Assembly (NCBI RefSeq): GCF_000150275.1
Contig: NW_002060945.1
Location: 3,681,172 to 3,745,171 of the forward strand
Direction: 5' to 3'
DNA: 64,000 bases
Source of the DNA: Trichoplax adhaerens
Lineage: Eukaryota > Animalia > Placozoa
Shown: in pieces, positions 25,501-38,400 of the stretch
How the letters are laid out: every line of letters starts with the position of its first letter
Position numbering within the stretch: position 1 is the first letter of the stretch
Notes under the pieces: model-generated
What the model saw: the letters and a program-made list of their open reading frames with translations, nothing else
The model's database searches: none
Told to the model about the DNA's origin: nothing
Program-made: the position numbers and the translations under genes

Positions 25501-28500
25501 ATGAGTAAAGTAAGTTTAGTACAGGATTGAATAGTCTTGACTTTGAGACTAGAAATAGGTCTAAGCAATTGTTGAAGCTTTTACAGTATTGACTGCGTGA
25601 TTATTATGATAATATTGTAATATGCTGAGACAATTAATGTACAAGTGAAGTCAAGATGTAGACGAGACAACAAGTCAATTTCTCTCTTGCTTGTTTCTTA
25701 AGAGAGTTTCATTTCTGCTTTTAAAATAATCTTTAGGCAATGCGACGGAAAGCGACGAAAAGTCCTAGTGAAGAATTATCATTGAGCAATTGTGTTATCA
25801 TACGTCCAGAGGATTTATCGTCAGATAAAACTCCGTAAGTCAAAGGAATAGTCAATGTGAAAAGTCTATCTGACATAGACGACTTTACTCTAGACTAGCC
25901 ACTTCCAGGATGATAATTATTACCTCTAAGGTATATTATACGGTCTTGACAGTATCAACAAACGTTGCTTAGGTTTCATCATTTTCGCAATGACATTGTA
26001 TACTACTACATTGCAAGACTTGAACAAAAATCAAAACAAAATATACAACGACTATAGTTTACAATTAAAACAAACTGCCACAGGCATAGCACTACTTTGT
26101 AGTTTATATCATTGATGTATTCGAAATGAGAAGTTGATAGACCACTCCCTGATAGACTACATACTTAATTTTGATAAGCTAACAGTGTAAACGAACTTTG
26201 TATAACTCTTAATCAACATACAGCCTGAGAAATAACACATGTACCAAATATGAGTTTAGAAGAAAGAGACTTGATATACTCCAGTGATCATGCATACGCG
26301 TATACAGCCTATAGGTTGTGTCGACTATTTGCATCATACTCTTACACTATTGTGCACTCTTTGTAACAATAGGTATATCCAATTTTCAAGTGCACCTGGC
26401 AACGAATTTATTGTTGCTATAAGAAATTCTACTGCAATTCCTACGGGTACGATTGGTTTTAACTATGCACAGGTACAAAAATAATTAATTTGTAAGATAC
26501 TACAAATGCTTAACATAATAATATCGACCCTGAACATTTTATAGACATACATAGTACAGTAGAAGATATACGAGAGGTCGATTACTAGGTAATCATACTG
26601 TACTTCATACTGTCTCATCGCTTGATAATTAACACTACTTACAGTAGTCCTACTGTACTTAATATGATCATATATTGTTTACTAGGACAAAAATAGATAG
26701 ATTGAAACTATCACGACCTATGCAATCAACTAATTAATAGACACCTCAAAAATAAATAATTCAATTAAAAGTAATTGCAACCATCTCCAAATCGTTATAA
26801 ATCATCGGTGCTGTAGAACAGCAAATTTAACTTACTGTACTGCTATATTTATCCCACAATTTTTATAAATGTACAATTGATAAGATGAACGTCCAAGGCC
26901 TTTGATACCATTTCTACATATCAAGTTTATAATCACCTTGCATAAACAACTAGTCCTTATGCATACTTTTACCATTATAGTAATAAACTACTCTGTCTAT
27001 ATACACTACAACAAAGCACAGTACTGTACTCATGATGAATTAAACAAGTTTCTGACCTGTATCTAAAAGCTACTTTAGTAATCTTATTTATTTGAATTTG
27101 ACACCAAGTTGTGGTTTTTAACATGGATTTTTAACTTAATCATATCCTTCCTCCTTAATGTAGAGAGAATGGAGTAGAATATCATTAAATCAAGATATTG
27201 AACGTAAGTGTTTATACTTATCGAGCATAGTATGTATGTAGCCCTAGGCTTATTAGTAGCAATCATATCGAATGATAACGGTATTCCTACATTTGACGTA
27301 TGCTGTCAATGCAATATCATACCACAATTTAGACTCTTACTTTAGTTAGAGCCTTGATATATGGTACATTGGTACAATGTAATTATAGAAGATGTTTTTA
27401 AAATTATTCAGTACAACCATATCGATTTAGCAAATCATCCCTATTAGCACAAGTCACCTTTGAGGTCGATTTCTTTATTAAGAAAAAGTAAGTAACGCGA
27501 CAAACGTTATCCTTTAAAATTTCTTTGAATACTATTCAACGACCTGAAATAACGTTTACATTCTATCGGCCTAATTAGAGCAACTCCTGAATCGTTAAAT
27601 ACTGATGAAATAGCGAAGGAATTTTCTATCAATTATCCTTCTTTCCCTTTGACGAAAAATCAAGTGGTATAACAACAGTAATATTACAAACGCATTTATT
27701 TCCTGCTATTAATGTGCAACGGTAATATAATTTACTTTACAGCTCAATATCAGTTTTAAGAAGAAGCTTCTTTCATTAAGAGTCAAGAAACTAATAGGTG
27801 CATTCAAAAAACTTAAAATGTTACAGTTTTATCGGTGAAAAAATTTCACTGTAAATTCTTATAATATATTGCAGTCATAATGACTCTATTCACTAAAATA
27901 ACTTTTAAAATTCCTTAGTTGCTGACGTCTCGGCCTTGAAATCAGACGGAGATCGAAAAAAAAATCCTTCAAGTCTAGAGGTCGTACGATCGAAATATGA
28001 AACAGTACTTATTATATACTTAAAATTTACAATCTTAATCTTCGAATTATAGGCCAATATTGGACTTACAATGGCAAATACAGAATTTTCATTTGAAAAA
28101 GTTCAGGTACATTAGCAGTAAATATTGTCACATAACAATGGATTGTATATTAAAATCGAACTTTTATCTAATGTTTTGTTACAATCTTATCATCTTGATA
28201 AAAGGAATCGGTAATAAATTTGGTTGGTTCTAAGAAAAGGTATACATTTGAATATTCAATAATACTTCAACTTTATTATTGCCTACTGTGATGCTTGATT
28301 GCTAGAGTTATCTTTGTTTACAACCATATTCACCTATGCTACATAATAATTATAGTGGAGCAGGCTCGCAGGTCTCTATCATAAATCCTGATTGGAATTT
28401 TAAGGAAATGGGCATCGGTGGTTTAAATAAGGTAACTCGTATTACTTTCTGCATCTAGCGAATTAAAATTGTATCTTTTTTCGGCGGCGATAATTGGATT

Positions 28501-31500
28501 ACACACAATATAAATTTACACTACTATACCATAACGAGCTCCTTTAACTTTTGTAGGAATTCTCCAATATTTTCAGGAGAGCATTTGCGTCACGTGTGTT
28601 CCCTCCTGATATTGTGGATCAGTTAGGTAAGTTTAGGTTTATATAAAATTTTCGTGCTTAAAAAAAAATCAGATTTCTTATTAAAAACTACGCTTATGAT
28701 CTCAGGTATTAAACACGTAAGAGGAATTCTGTTATATGGCCCTCCGGGTACGTAATAATATCGGCGTCATGCCGAATTATTGTTTACTATACTTAAACTA
28801 GACCAGAATGCCAATATTCTATACTATGATTTAAGGCACCGGTAAAACCTTAATGGCACGACAAATTGGCAAGATGTTAAACGCTCGAGAGCCACAAATT
28901 GTTAACGGACCTGGTAAATATTAAAATACGTACATTTTAGTATATAAATACATTATGTATATACATCACTATAATTGTAAGTGTATAGCGGCCTTTCATC
29001 TTTACTCTATTAAGCAACTATGCCTAATATATGCTGATTATTATAGAAATATTGAATAAATACGTTGGAGAATCGGAAGCTAACATAAGGTCAAAATTTA
29101 AAGTTAGAATATACGTATGTAAAGTCGAGCTTTTATTAATTTGAACAATGACCATTTTATATTCCCTCTGAAACTATTAGAAAACTCTTTGCTGCTGCAG
29201 AAGAAGAACAAAAACGAGTAATGTTAAACATTCAGTAATATCATTCAATAAACCTAAATGTTAATTCTACTGTTATTTTGATCTACTCATTATAGCTTGG
29301 ACTGAATAGCGGTCTACATATAATCATTTTCGATGAAATTGACGCTATTTGCAAACAAAGAGGAACCGCTGTAAGTTTAGAATCGTTATTGTTTCATTTC
29401 CATGGGATACAAATTCTTTACAATGAAAATCATTTTGATTTTGATTTAAACACATAAAATTAGAGCGGGAGCACAGGCGTTGGCGACACCGTTGTTAACC
29501 AACTATTATCAAAGGTATAGAAATTGCCTTAATTGTTTTAGATACGAAACTATCAACGTATTGACCCTTTGATTCAAGTACTAAACTATACTCTATATGT
29601 ACCTTCTAAATAGATCGATGGTGTAGAACAACTTAATAACATTCTCATAATTGGTATGAATATTTGCATTTCAATAATTGTAGTCTAATAGCTATGATGT
29701 TAATGCTATCTGTATTTTTCAATCATTGTTCTTAGGAATGACTAACAGGAAGGATTTGATGGATGAGGCTTTACTGCGACCAGGACGTCTGGAAGTTCAA
29801 ATGGAGATTGGTTAGTCAACTCAATGTAAACCTACATAATCAATGTTGTGTAGATAGTAACGTACTCAAACTCTTAATACATCTACTTAATTAAGGATTA
29901 CCCAATAAAGATGGAAGAGTAGAAATTTTGAAAATTCATACGAACAAACTTACTGAAAATGATAAACTGGATAGTAGTGTGGATATTCTCGAATTAAGTA
30001 AAGCCACTAAAAATTTTAGTGGTGCAGAGATTGAAGGTTTAGTTCGCAGTGCTGTATCAATGGCGATGAATCGTTACGTAAAGGTCAGTAAATTATATTA
30101 GAATATCATAAGAAATAAAATTTATTCCATGAAACCTTGATATCAACTCAACGCATATCTACATGTAGGCAAAATCAACCGTAGAAATAGATGAGGATGC
30201 TCTTAACAAATTAAAAATAAGCATGGATGACTTTCGGAATGCATTGCTTTATGATATCAAACCTGTAAGAAATTAATCATTCTTTCATAGTACTATAGAA
30301 TACATAATATTATATTATAATGGTAATATAGTTATGAAATTGATTAACAATGATACGTGCTACGTAGGCTTTTGGAGTGAGTGAAGAAGATCTCGGAAGA
30401 TTTATTGCAAATGGTAAATTTAGATAAGACAAATGTTTAGACGCGTGCGTTTTATTTTCTAACTGTATGCTATATTGTTACTGTAAACTTCTAGTATGGT
30501 CAAAGCTGTTATGAAGAACTTCTTATTTCCTATATTTTGCTTACAGGAATCGTAATGTGGGGAGATCCAGTCAAGTACATATTAGATAGCGGAAAGCTGT
30601 TTTGTGAACAGGTTGAAAGAGATGTACACTCACGCACTCTCAATGTTTTATTATCAGGTATCTTACATCTTTCTGTAAAACTATTTATGTCGTCTCTTTA
30701 TTTACAAACTGTTATAACTCGATCTTCAGGATCTACCGGATCTGGTAAAACAGCTCTTGCTGTAAAGATTGCACAACAATCAGGATTCCCATTTGTCAAA
30801 ATTACTTCTAAGCACAATATCCCAAGACATTCTGATCAAGCAAAGGTCCAAGCTTTGGATAAGGTTAATTGCAATTAAAATCGAGATAAATCCTTTTGCA
30901 AATATTAATTATTATTCTAATAGATTATAAACCAAGATAATTTCTATATCTTTGCTATAGCTTTTTGAAGATGCATACAAATCAGAGCTTAGTTGCATTA
31001 TATTGGATAATTTGGAAGTTCTATTAGGTAGGTTAACTAATAAATATCTAAGCCATTTATAGGAAACATAATAAATATATCATTTCATGTTTGTATCGGC
31101 ATTTAGATTATGCACCAATCGGCCCTCGTTTCTGTAATCCAGTATTACAGATATTAATCACATTACTAGGAGATACTCCGCCCAAAGTATGTAATATATG
31201 TGTGTATATATTTGCATCTTTTAGAATTACTTATATGTCATTAACTTTTGTTATACCTTCATCTAATAATCTATAATAATTACATTACTTAAATTTTTGT
31301 AGAACCATCGATTGCTTGTGATTGCTACTACTGGAGAACTTGAGTTTATAGAACTAGTAAGACTGGCGAAGCAATTTCATATTGTTCACGTAGAAAATCT
31401 AAGAACTAGTGAGCAGGTCATGGCGGCTGTAAAGGTAAACAAAATCAATGTTACTAAAATATGATCGAATAAGCGAATGGCCAAAAACTGATATTAACAG

Positions 31501-31955
31501 ATATCTACTATAACTTTTGATGACCAGGAGTATGGATGGTTCAATGATAAGGAATTGGATGATTTAAAAAAGTCATTAGATAAGTGTTCTCAGTAAGTAT
31601 TCTGGTAGCTATAGAATATTGAATGTAAAAGTAACAAGCACTGATGGCGATGACTATCACTAATTAATTAATATAATCATTTACAGCATTGATATACCAA
31701 TAAAGATATTGATATCCCTGAGCGCAATCGCTAATAGGGTAAGATTTTGAGTTTTTTGTTGATATTTGATAATATGCATACAAAATGGGGGCTATTTGTA
31801 TGATATTGTAGGGAGCTGAAGATATTAAAATCAAGACATTAATAAGTTTACTAGAGCAAAAGAAACTGTGAGTGCATTACGAGTAAAGCTATTTTGTTAT
31901 CAGGACATGGTACTAATTAGTTCATGTTTTATCTTGTAGAATTCTACGATTTTAA
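25501..31955 (+). CDS. NSF: N-ethylmaleimide-sensitive factor (vesicle-fusing AAA ATPase), many small exons
   Basis: [152 protein letters not shown], then D2 [15 protein letters not shown] and DYAPIGPRF. Stop at 31953-31955. Confidence 0.95.
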
Positions 31956-33391
31956 GGAAATCTCGATGATCCGAAATAATACAGGCGTTAAAAATAGTGA
32001 AAGCTAGTTTAACTTAGTCAGTGTATTATACTCAATTATCATCTATTTCTATACAATGAGTAGCTACGTATCCTAAATACATGCAATACCTTGATATAAA
32101 GTATGATACAGTAAATAAGATGGCACATATAGTTTATATATAAATAATGCAATGAAGTCAACATTCAGACTGTAATACATGGTTTATGAATGATCAAACA
32201 ATTCATTACAGTATCATCGACGTTCTTAAAGCCATTCCACATGCTATATTGTGATCAAATAACTAAAAAATGAATAAAATCAAATTAGGTACCGTATGGG
32301 TATAGAAATCATTTGTTTCAAAGTTCAAACTAAATCAGACCTGAGCAGACTTTGACTAGATCTAACTATTGACTGACATTTATAGTGGCAAAGCAGCAAT
32401 AGCACCTTAACATATTAAATGATATTTTATTAAATTGTCGCACAACGATTATGTGTTGTTGAGACCAATCGCAGTTATAACATTCGTGAACCAGTTAACA
32501 TTTGCAACTGATAAAAAATTCAAATACGTCCTGTATGTCCAAAGTTCAGCATTAACTAAAATTTACAAGTGATAGCTGGTTGGACTGCTATTGTACAGCA
32601 GCTATATAATGATTTGCATATGTATACGTACATATATGTATTCTATATGCATCGTTATTACGCTACAGAGGCAAAACGCACAGATCAGTACGTAATAAAT
32701 GATATTATAATTTGCTGCTAAAATTAGGAGGCTCATTTTTCCTCTTTTAACTTGTAACTATTTTCTTAGATAATCCAGCAATTTAAAGACTTTTTAACAT
32801 TACATCAAGCTCTGAAATTAAAAACTAACTGTACTGTATTATTTACTATAATAGCTGACTGGATACAAGGGTTTACAAAATATTATTATACAGTCTATCG
32901 AGTATTTACCGTGTAGATAGTGAGCAAGCGAAATTATTTCTCTCAACAAGCTAACTTTAATATACTGTATCGTTCAAGATATTACAACTTATACACTGAT
33001 GTATGCAATATCGTTGTTAGGTGTTCTCGGTTGATATTGCTAACAGGCTGTCACAATACATACCATTTCTTTAGTACTGTGAAATAGCTCCAGAATTACA
33101 GTCACTATACCGTAGTCAATTTCGATATTGCATCCGACATACAAACTGCATACAGTCGTAAAAGGCCATCGCAAATAGTTTCGCTGTGCTCCACGCTTTT
33201 TGTCAATTCAAAGCCTTACTGCAATTTTTCAACTGCTTAGGCCAGCTAATAAACGGCTTATTAGAGATACATCGATAGCGCATAGTAGTCTTCTGCTGTA
33301 AAATGGTACAGGTGCTTACTGGCTTGCAATAGAACAAAGATTGAATCGCTGTAAAAACGACGTTATTTACATCAAGCAACGTACCAAGAGA

Positions 33392-35455
33392 ATGGATAAA
33401 TTCGACATTTCTCTATTTAGGACCCCAATGCATCGCTTTGAAGCCAAAGTTAAAGCTATCTGTGATGATTTTATCGTTCATGAGATTGATCTAAATGGCA
33501 ATATCATACAGTTATCGGATCAGCCTGAAACTGTCAATGTATCAATGTTAGCACAAACCACCGATACTAGCATTGCAAGTGATCATCAGCAATATTGGAA
33601 TGTTGACGTGGAGAACTTTGAAGAAATAAATACTAATTTAGCGAATGTTATAACCGAGCAACAATTACAAAGTTTACAACAATTAGCTCATCAGCATCAT
33701 CAGGCTGATAGTGAGGATAGCCATCACCAAATTATCATCGGTTTAGTGCAAGATAAAAGTAAGAGAACGATCATTCGACAATCCATTAGTCTGCTTTATC
33801 CTAATTTACAAACGGTTTTGCAATGTCAAAATGGTGACAAAATAATAATAGTCGAGCCCAACCCAAATTATAACCAGTTAAAAATTTTATTACCTGAACA
33901 TCAAGTTGACGGCCTGCTACGTTTTATAAGCAAAGTTCATATTACTAAATGTGGCCATTATACGATTGATGTTCATGAATTAGATAAAGATCAAAGAAGA
34001 CAATTACATCATCGCATCTCCCATTTATTTGGTAAATTTATAGAAAGTAAAACTATAGCAAAAGTGAATAAAAACGACAAAACATCCAAGAATTGTATTA
34101 TTGTTCGCTATAAAAGTCGAATTAGAAATCGCTATTATAAGGATAAGGATAATAATGACAATCCCTTGTACTTAAAATTTATTCTCCGAAAGCGTAATGT
34201 AGAAACACTAGATGCTATTCATAAAATAGCCAAAGCATTAGGCTGTCATCTATCTGACTTCAGCTATGCAGGTATTAAAGACTGTAGGGCAATAACTTAC
34301 CAACAAGTTACTGTCAAGAACGTGAAACCGCAGCAAATGATAAATGCACTTCAGAAAATAAAATCTCAAGAACATATCCAATATGGCAATTACCAATTTA
34401 TTCACACCCCAATCAGGTTAGGACAACTAAAAGGTAATCGATTTCGTATTCTTTTACGAGACATAAGACTGCAAGACCATGATTCAAGCCTGATAGATAT
34501 TGCTGATTTACATAGCCAAATCATTCAATCAATGGAAGAAGTTAAAAAACAAGGATTTATCAATTACTTTGGAAATCAAAGATTTGGTAAAACAATATCA
34601 ACAGTAAACAGTTATGACATAGGATTAGCCATGCTAAGAAGAGATGAAAAAATGGCTGTTGAATTGATACTGTCAACAGTTGACGAAGATATAAGTGATA
34701 ATGCAACAATGCAAGCCCTAAAATATTATCACACCAGTGGAGATTTAGTTAGTACTCTTAAAAAAATACCATCTTATAAATCAAGAGTGTACTTGATCTT
34801 GAAAGCACTGCATCGCTATGGTCAAAATATTGAAGGTTATAGAAAAGCATTACTAAATATCCCTCATAATATGAGAAAGATTTATATTCACAGTTATTGC
34901 AGCCTATTATGGAATCGTCTAGTAAATTATCGAATAGAAAAGTATGGATACAATGTTGTAGAAGGTGATTTAGTCTTGCTTGGGAATGTGGATAATAAGC
35001 CTGATAGTACTGATACCGATGCAATTAATCAAGATCAATTGGTGAAATTAGTAACAAAAACTGATCTTGCACTAAACAAATACAATATTTATGATGTTGT
35101 ACTACCTTTATTGGGCAGCAAGACAATCTATCCAAGTAATACATCCGGCTCAGTTTACAAGGATATGCTAGCAAACGATGGTATTAATGATAGTAGCTTT
35201 GTTAATCCAATGCTAAATATTAAAATTAAAGGAGCTTATAGAAAAATTCTATCTGTACCCAAAGATGTAAATTTTTCGTTACATATCCTAAATTGTCAGC
35301 ATTTACACGACGATTGTCATGACTGTTGTTCCAATATCTTAAAAAATCAAACTTGTAATTCACGTTTCCATTTTAAATTGGAAATGACTCTTAATCCAGG
35401 TAGTTATGCAACAGTATGTCTAAGGGAAATAACTAATAACGATGCAATTATATAA
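33392..35455 (+). CDS. PUS7L: TruD-family pseudouridine synthase PUS7-like, single coding exon (687 aa from the first ATG)
   Basis: Uninterrupted ORF (the track opens it at TTG 33341; first ATG is 33392). Motifs: DFIVHEID, R3H-like RRQLHHRISHLFGKFIESKT, FSYAGIKDCRAITYQ (catalytic Asp), GQLKGNRF, GFINYFGNQRFG, YIHSYCSLLWN, DVVLPLLG, GAYRK and GSYATVCLREI. Confidence 0.88.
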   Translation: MDKFDISLFRTPMHRFEAKVKAICDDFIVHEIDLNGNIIQLSDQPETVNVSMLAQTTDTSIASDHQQYWNVDVENFEEINTNLANVITEQQLQSLQQLAHQHHQADSEDSHHQIIIGLVQDKSKRTIIRQSISLLYPNLQTVLQCQNGDKIIIVEPNPNYNQLKILLPEHQVDGLLRFISKVHITKCGHYTIDVHELDKDQRRQLHHRISHLFGKFIESKTIAKVNKNDKTSKNCIIVRYKSRIRNRYYKDKDNNDNPLYLKFILRKRNVETLDAIHKIAKALGCHLSDFSYAGIKDCRAITYQQVTVKNVKPQQMINALQKIKSQEHIQYGNYQFIHTPIRLGQLKGNRFRILLRDIRLQDHDSSLIDIADLHSQIIQSMEEVKKQGFINYFGNQRFGKTISTVNSYDIGLAMLRRDEKMAVELILSTVDEDISDNATMQALKYYHTSGDLVSTLKKIPSYKSRVYLILKALHRYGQNIEGYRKALLNIPHNMRKIYIHSYCSLLWNRLVNYRIEKYGYNVVEGDLVLLGNVDNKPDSTDTDAINQDQLVKLVTKTDLALNKYNIYDVVLPLLGSKTIYPSNTSGSVYKDMLANDGINDSSFVNPMLNIKIKGAYRKILSVPKDVNFSLHILNCQHLHDDCHDCCSNILKNQTCNSRFHFKLEMTLNPGSYATVCLREITNNDAII

Positions 35456-38400
35456 CATTCACTGAATAGAATCAAAAGTATGATTACGGTTTCGAATAAA
35501 TCGAAGTAAAGAGTCTATTCTATTTAATAAGATGTCGACGGAATTTATTTATTTATAACTAGATGTTAAATTATAATTACTGTTCATATTTGCATACTCA
35601 AGTTTTAAATTAACCGATGATTAAATTTGAATATAGTATGCTAATTTATTTTTATTGAACATTTTTCGTGTATTATATGTATTTAATGCCGATGCAACCT
35701 AACTAGTAATTAATACTATTTAATATAATTCGATCATATAGTTTTTATTTATACTATCTTCTTCGATATTTTTGATGGCATTGAAAGGCCTAGAAATTAT
35801 CGCCTGCACTATAATTGTTTACTACCAAAATCTGAAGAAAATCCATAGTACTGCTAATTATGCCCAACTACAGTAGATTTATTTATGAATTCTATTTGAC
35901 AGATCGTAGGTTACTGGAGAATTGCTACGAAGCTTTACATTATTTGTCTGAAAGATTACAAAGATATACGAAATTACGCCATAGAGCAGCTATATATAGA
36001 AGTTGTACAGTATGCATCATTGAAATAATAGTCTATTTATGATCTCTCACAATTAGTTTTTCTCACTTTATAGTCAAGCAGATATAGAACAATCGAAGTA
36101 AAGAGTTAGAATATACTGCATCAGTAGTAAATGTTGTATATTATCCTACAAGGGTTTATTGTTGTTGTAGCCAAAATATATTTCGGAAGAAACTTGTTAC
36201 GGTTTCCTTCCACTTAATCAACCCGTAGTACAGCATGTTGTAATTTATCGAATAATAATGTACCCATAAATTTATAAATTGAACGACGCGATAAAGTAGA
36301 TCCGAGCGAGATACTTGGAGAGTTTATTAGCAATGGCAATAGAACGTAATAATTGTGATGCAATTTTTATTTACTTCTTATTTCAGTAACTAAACTTCCT
36401 TTACCTTAAAGTAAGTGAATTCAGAAGATAGTACCCAAACATCGAATTGGATCATAACTAAATGCTTTGCTAGGACTCCTATTGAATTTGTTACGATATT
36501 AATTAATAGTAAAAAAGAAGGAAGGAATAGCAAGATCTACAACAGAAAGAGGCGAAATGTAGTAAAACTGCATTAGTGAAGGAATTTTCAAAAACCATAG
36601 TACCAATGTTGTAAATTTAGTTATACCCTTCCGCTTTATTCCACAACAACTACGGTACTAATATTGAACTTCTGAATTAGTTAAGGTATAAAAAAATAAT
36701 TAAGCGAAGCTGCATAATTTATGATAGTAATGCCAAGATTGTAGTTCGACTAGTTTCTCGTGCAGGAAGTTCTAGGAAAACGTAAAATCTTGCATTTGGG
36801 GCCATACGATCCAGTACCAAATAGCGCTACCGAAATACCTGACAAATGTCGATATAATATTTTCTTACAGAGCATACTTATACTTAATGATATTAAGAAT
36901 CTATTCGCTATTGTATGCTAATCACTAAAGAAAGTAAATCTTCCTAAGATATTACCATCACCAATATAAATGTCTTTTCAAGTTATGCAAGATCATTTAC
37001 TGACTATCTGATAAGAGTAATTTCATTTTCATGGTTAATTTCTTTAATGTCCGAATAGAAATCTGATAAACTCATCATCTGAAATAGACAGAAACCCATC
37101 ACATGAAAAATTAATGTTAACTAAATTTTAATTAATGTTAAATAGGGAAATATACTTCTCTAAGTGCAAAATATATCGTAGCTATTAGATAATAGAATAA
37201 TTTGCTAATTAAATAATCTTTTACTTATCCATTAGTTATGCTTTCAAGTTACAGACTATAACTGTTCATTCTATGAAAAATGGAGATAATTGCTTCAAAC
37301 AGATGCTATCAAAAATTGAATTTCATTAAAATTTATTTAAATCTCAATAGAATATGATCGTTATGGCTACGAAAACAATTCACTGTTAGCCTTTCGATAT
37401 CATGTAAGATATAATTTTAATTTGCATGATGCTGTAAATACATCATTAAAAATTCCTACAGTCAAAGTAGATGGGCTAACACATGCGCCTATTCATGAAG
37501 ATCTTTTAGTTTAGAATAAATAGGCTGTATAAGGCCGTTTATTTTCCGCGTATCATAAAATTTTCAATATCTAAATACTATGAAAAATATTCTTGGTATA
37601 AGATCCAAGCTATCAGCATAGAATAAACAACATACATTGGATAATAGAAAATTGGAGACACATACTCATAAGCAGCGTAGAAAGTAACTCCATCAACTAA
37701 CATAGCATAAAGCAGAGAGAAATAACTCTTCTTAGCACTATATCAAAAGAATTGCTCATATCATCTGTCGGGAATGAAAATGTTAATCATTATTTCTATG
37801 AGATAGGAGAAAATATAACACACTTACACTTGATTCGAATTCCAAGTGAATCAAATGAAGAGTTACTACTGCTATCAAACAGTCATAAAATAAGACGGAT
37901 ATTAATAGTCCGTATACCCTTTATGTAATCAGTCTAGACTATTACAACTGACTAAAGTATGATTCATCTTGCATAATGTAACAATTTCGAATCGTACTTT
38001 CTTCCTTATCTTATCTCTTGACGATCAAAGTATAAGTAAAATAACGATAAAGAATATAAACCATAGCTCTTTATTAATAGTACCATGAACATTTTATTTT
38101 TTATTACTGTTAACAATATATTCCTTTAAGGGATGAAATATACTATATATCGTTTATTCAATACGATAAAATAGCAGAGACAAGCAAAGGAGGAAATTTA
38201 TTACAAAAGTTTCAATATTGACTGACAGAAATTCATATAGCAAATATTTTCTAGTTGCCTTATAATCACGACTAATTGATTGATACAATAAGTAATTAAT
38301 TTAACAGCATTTAAATAAAAGAATAGATTCTATTTCTTCACTCTCCCCTCTAGCTATCCATACACCGTAAAAAAAACTCAAGATCAGTAAACAAAAGCAT

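Noticed and set aside
6334-30729. Two 72-nt in-frame, stop-free introns (ACAD11 6334-6405; NSF 30658-30729, just before the D2 P-loop) as regulated intron retention
   Set aside because: With dozens of short introns in the window, a couple of 3n stop-free ones are expected by chance. Both have ordinary GT-AG ends.
34758-35024. 88-aa antisense ORF inside PUS7L (also 49895-50089 and 56569-56802)
   Set aside because: Shadow ORFs opposite real coding exons, with no recognisable motifs.
36400-36850. Minus-strand fragment resembling a GPCR TM7/helix 8 (FFYTLTNSEVQY*YRSCCG)
   Set aside because: Too short, interrupted by stops, and no upstream transmembrane helices could be traced.
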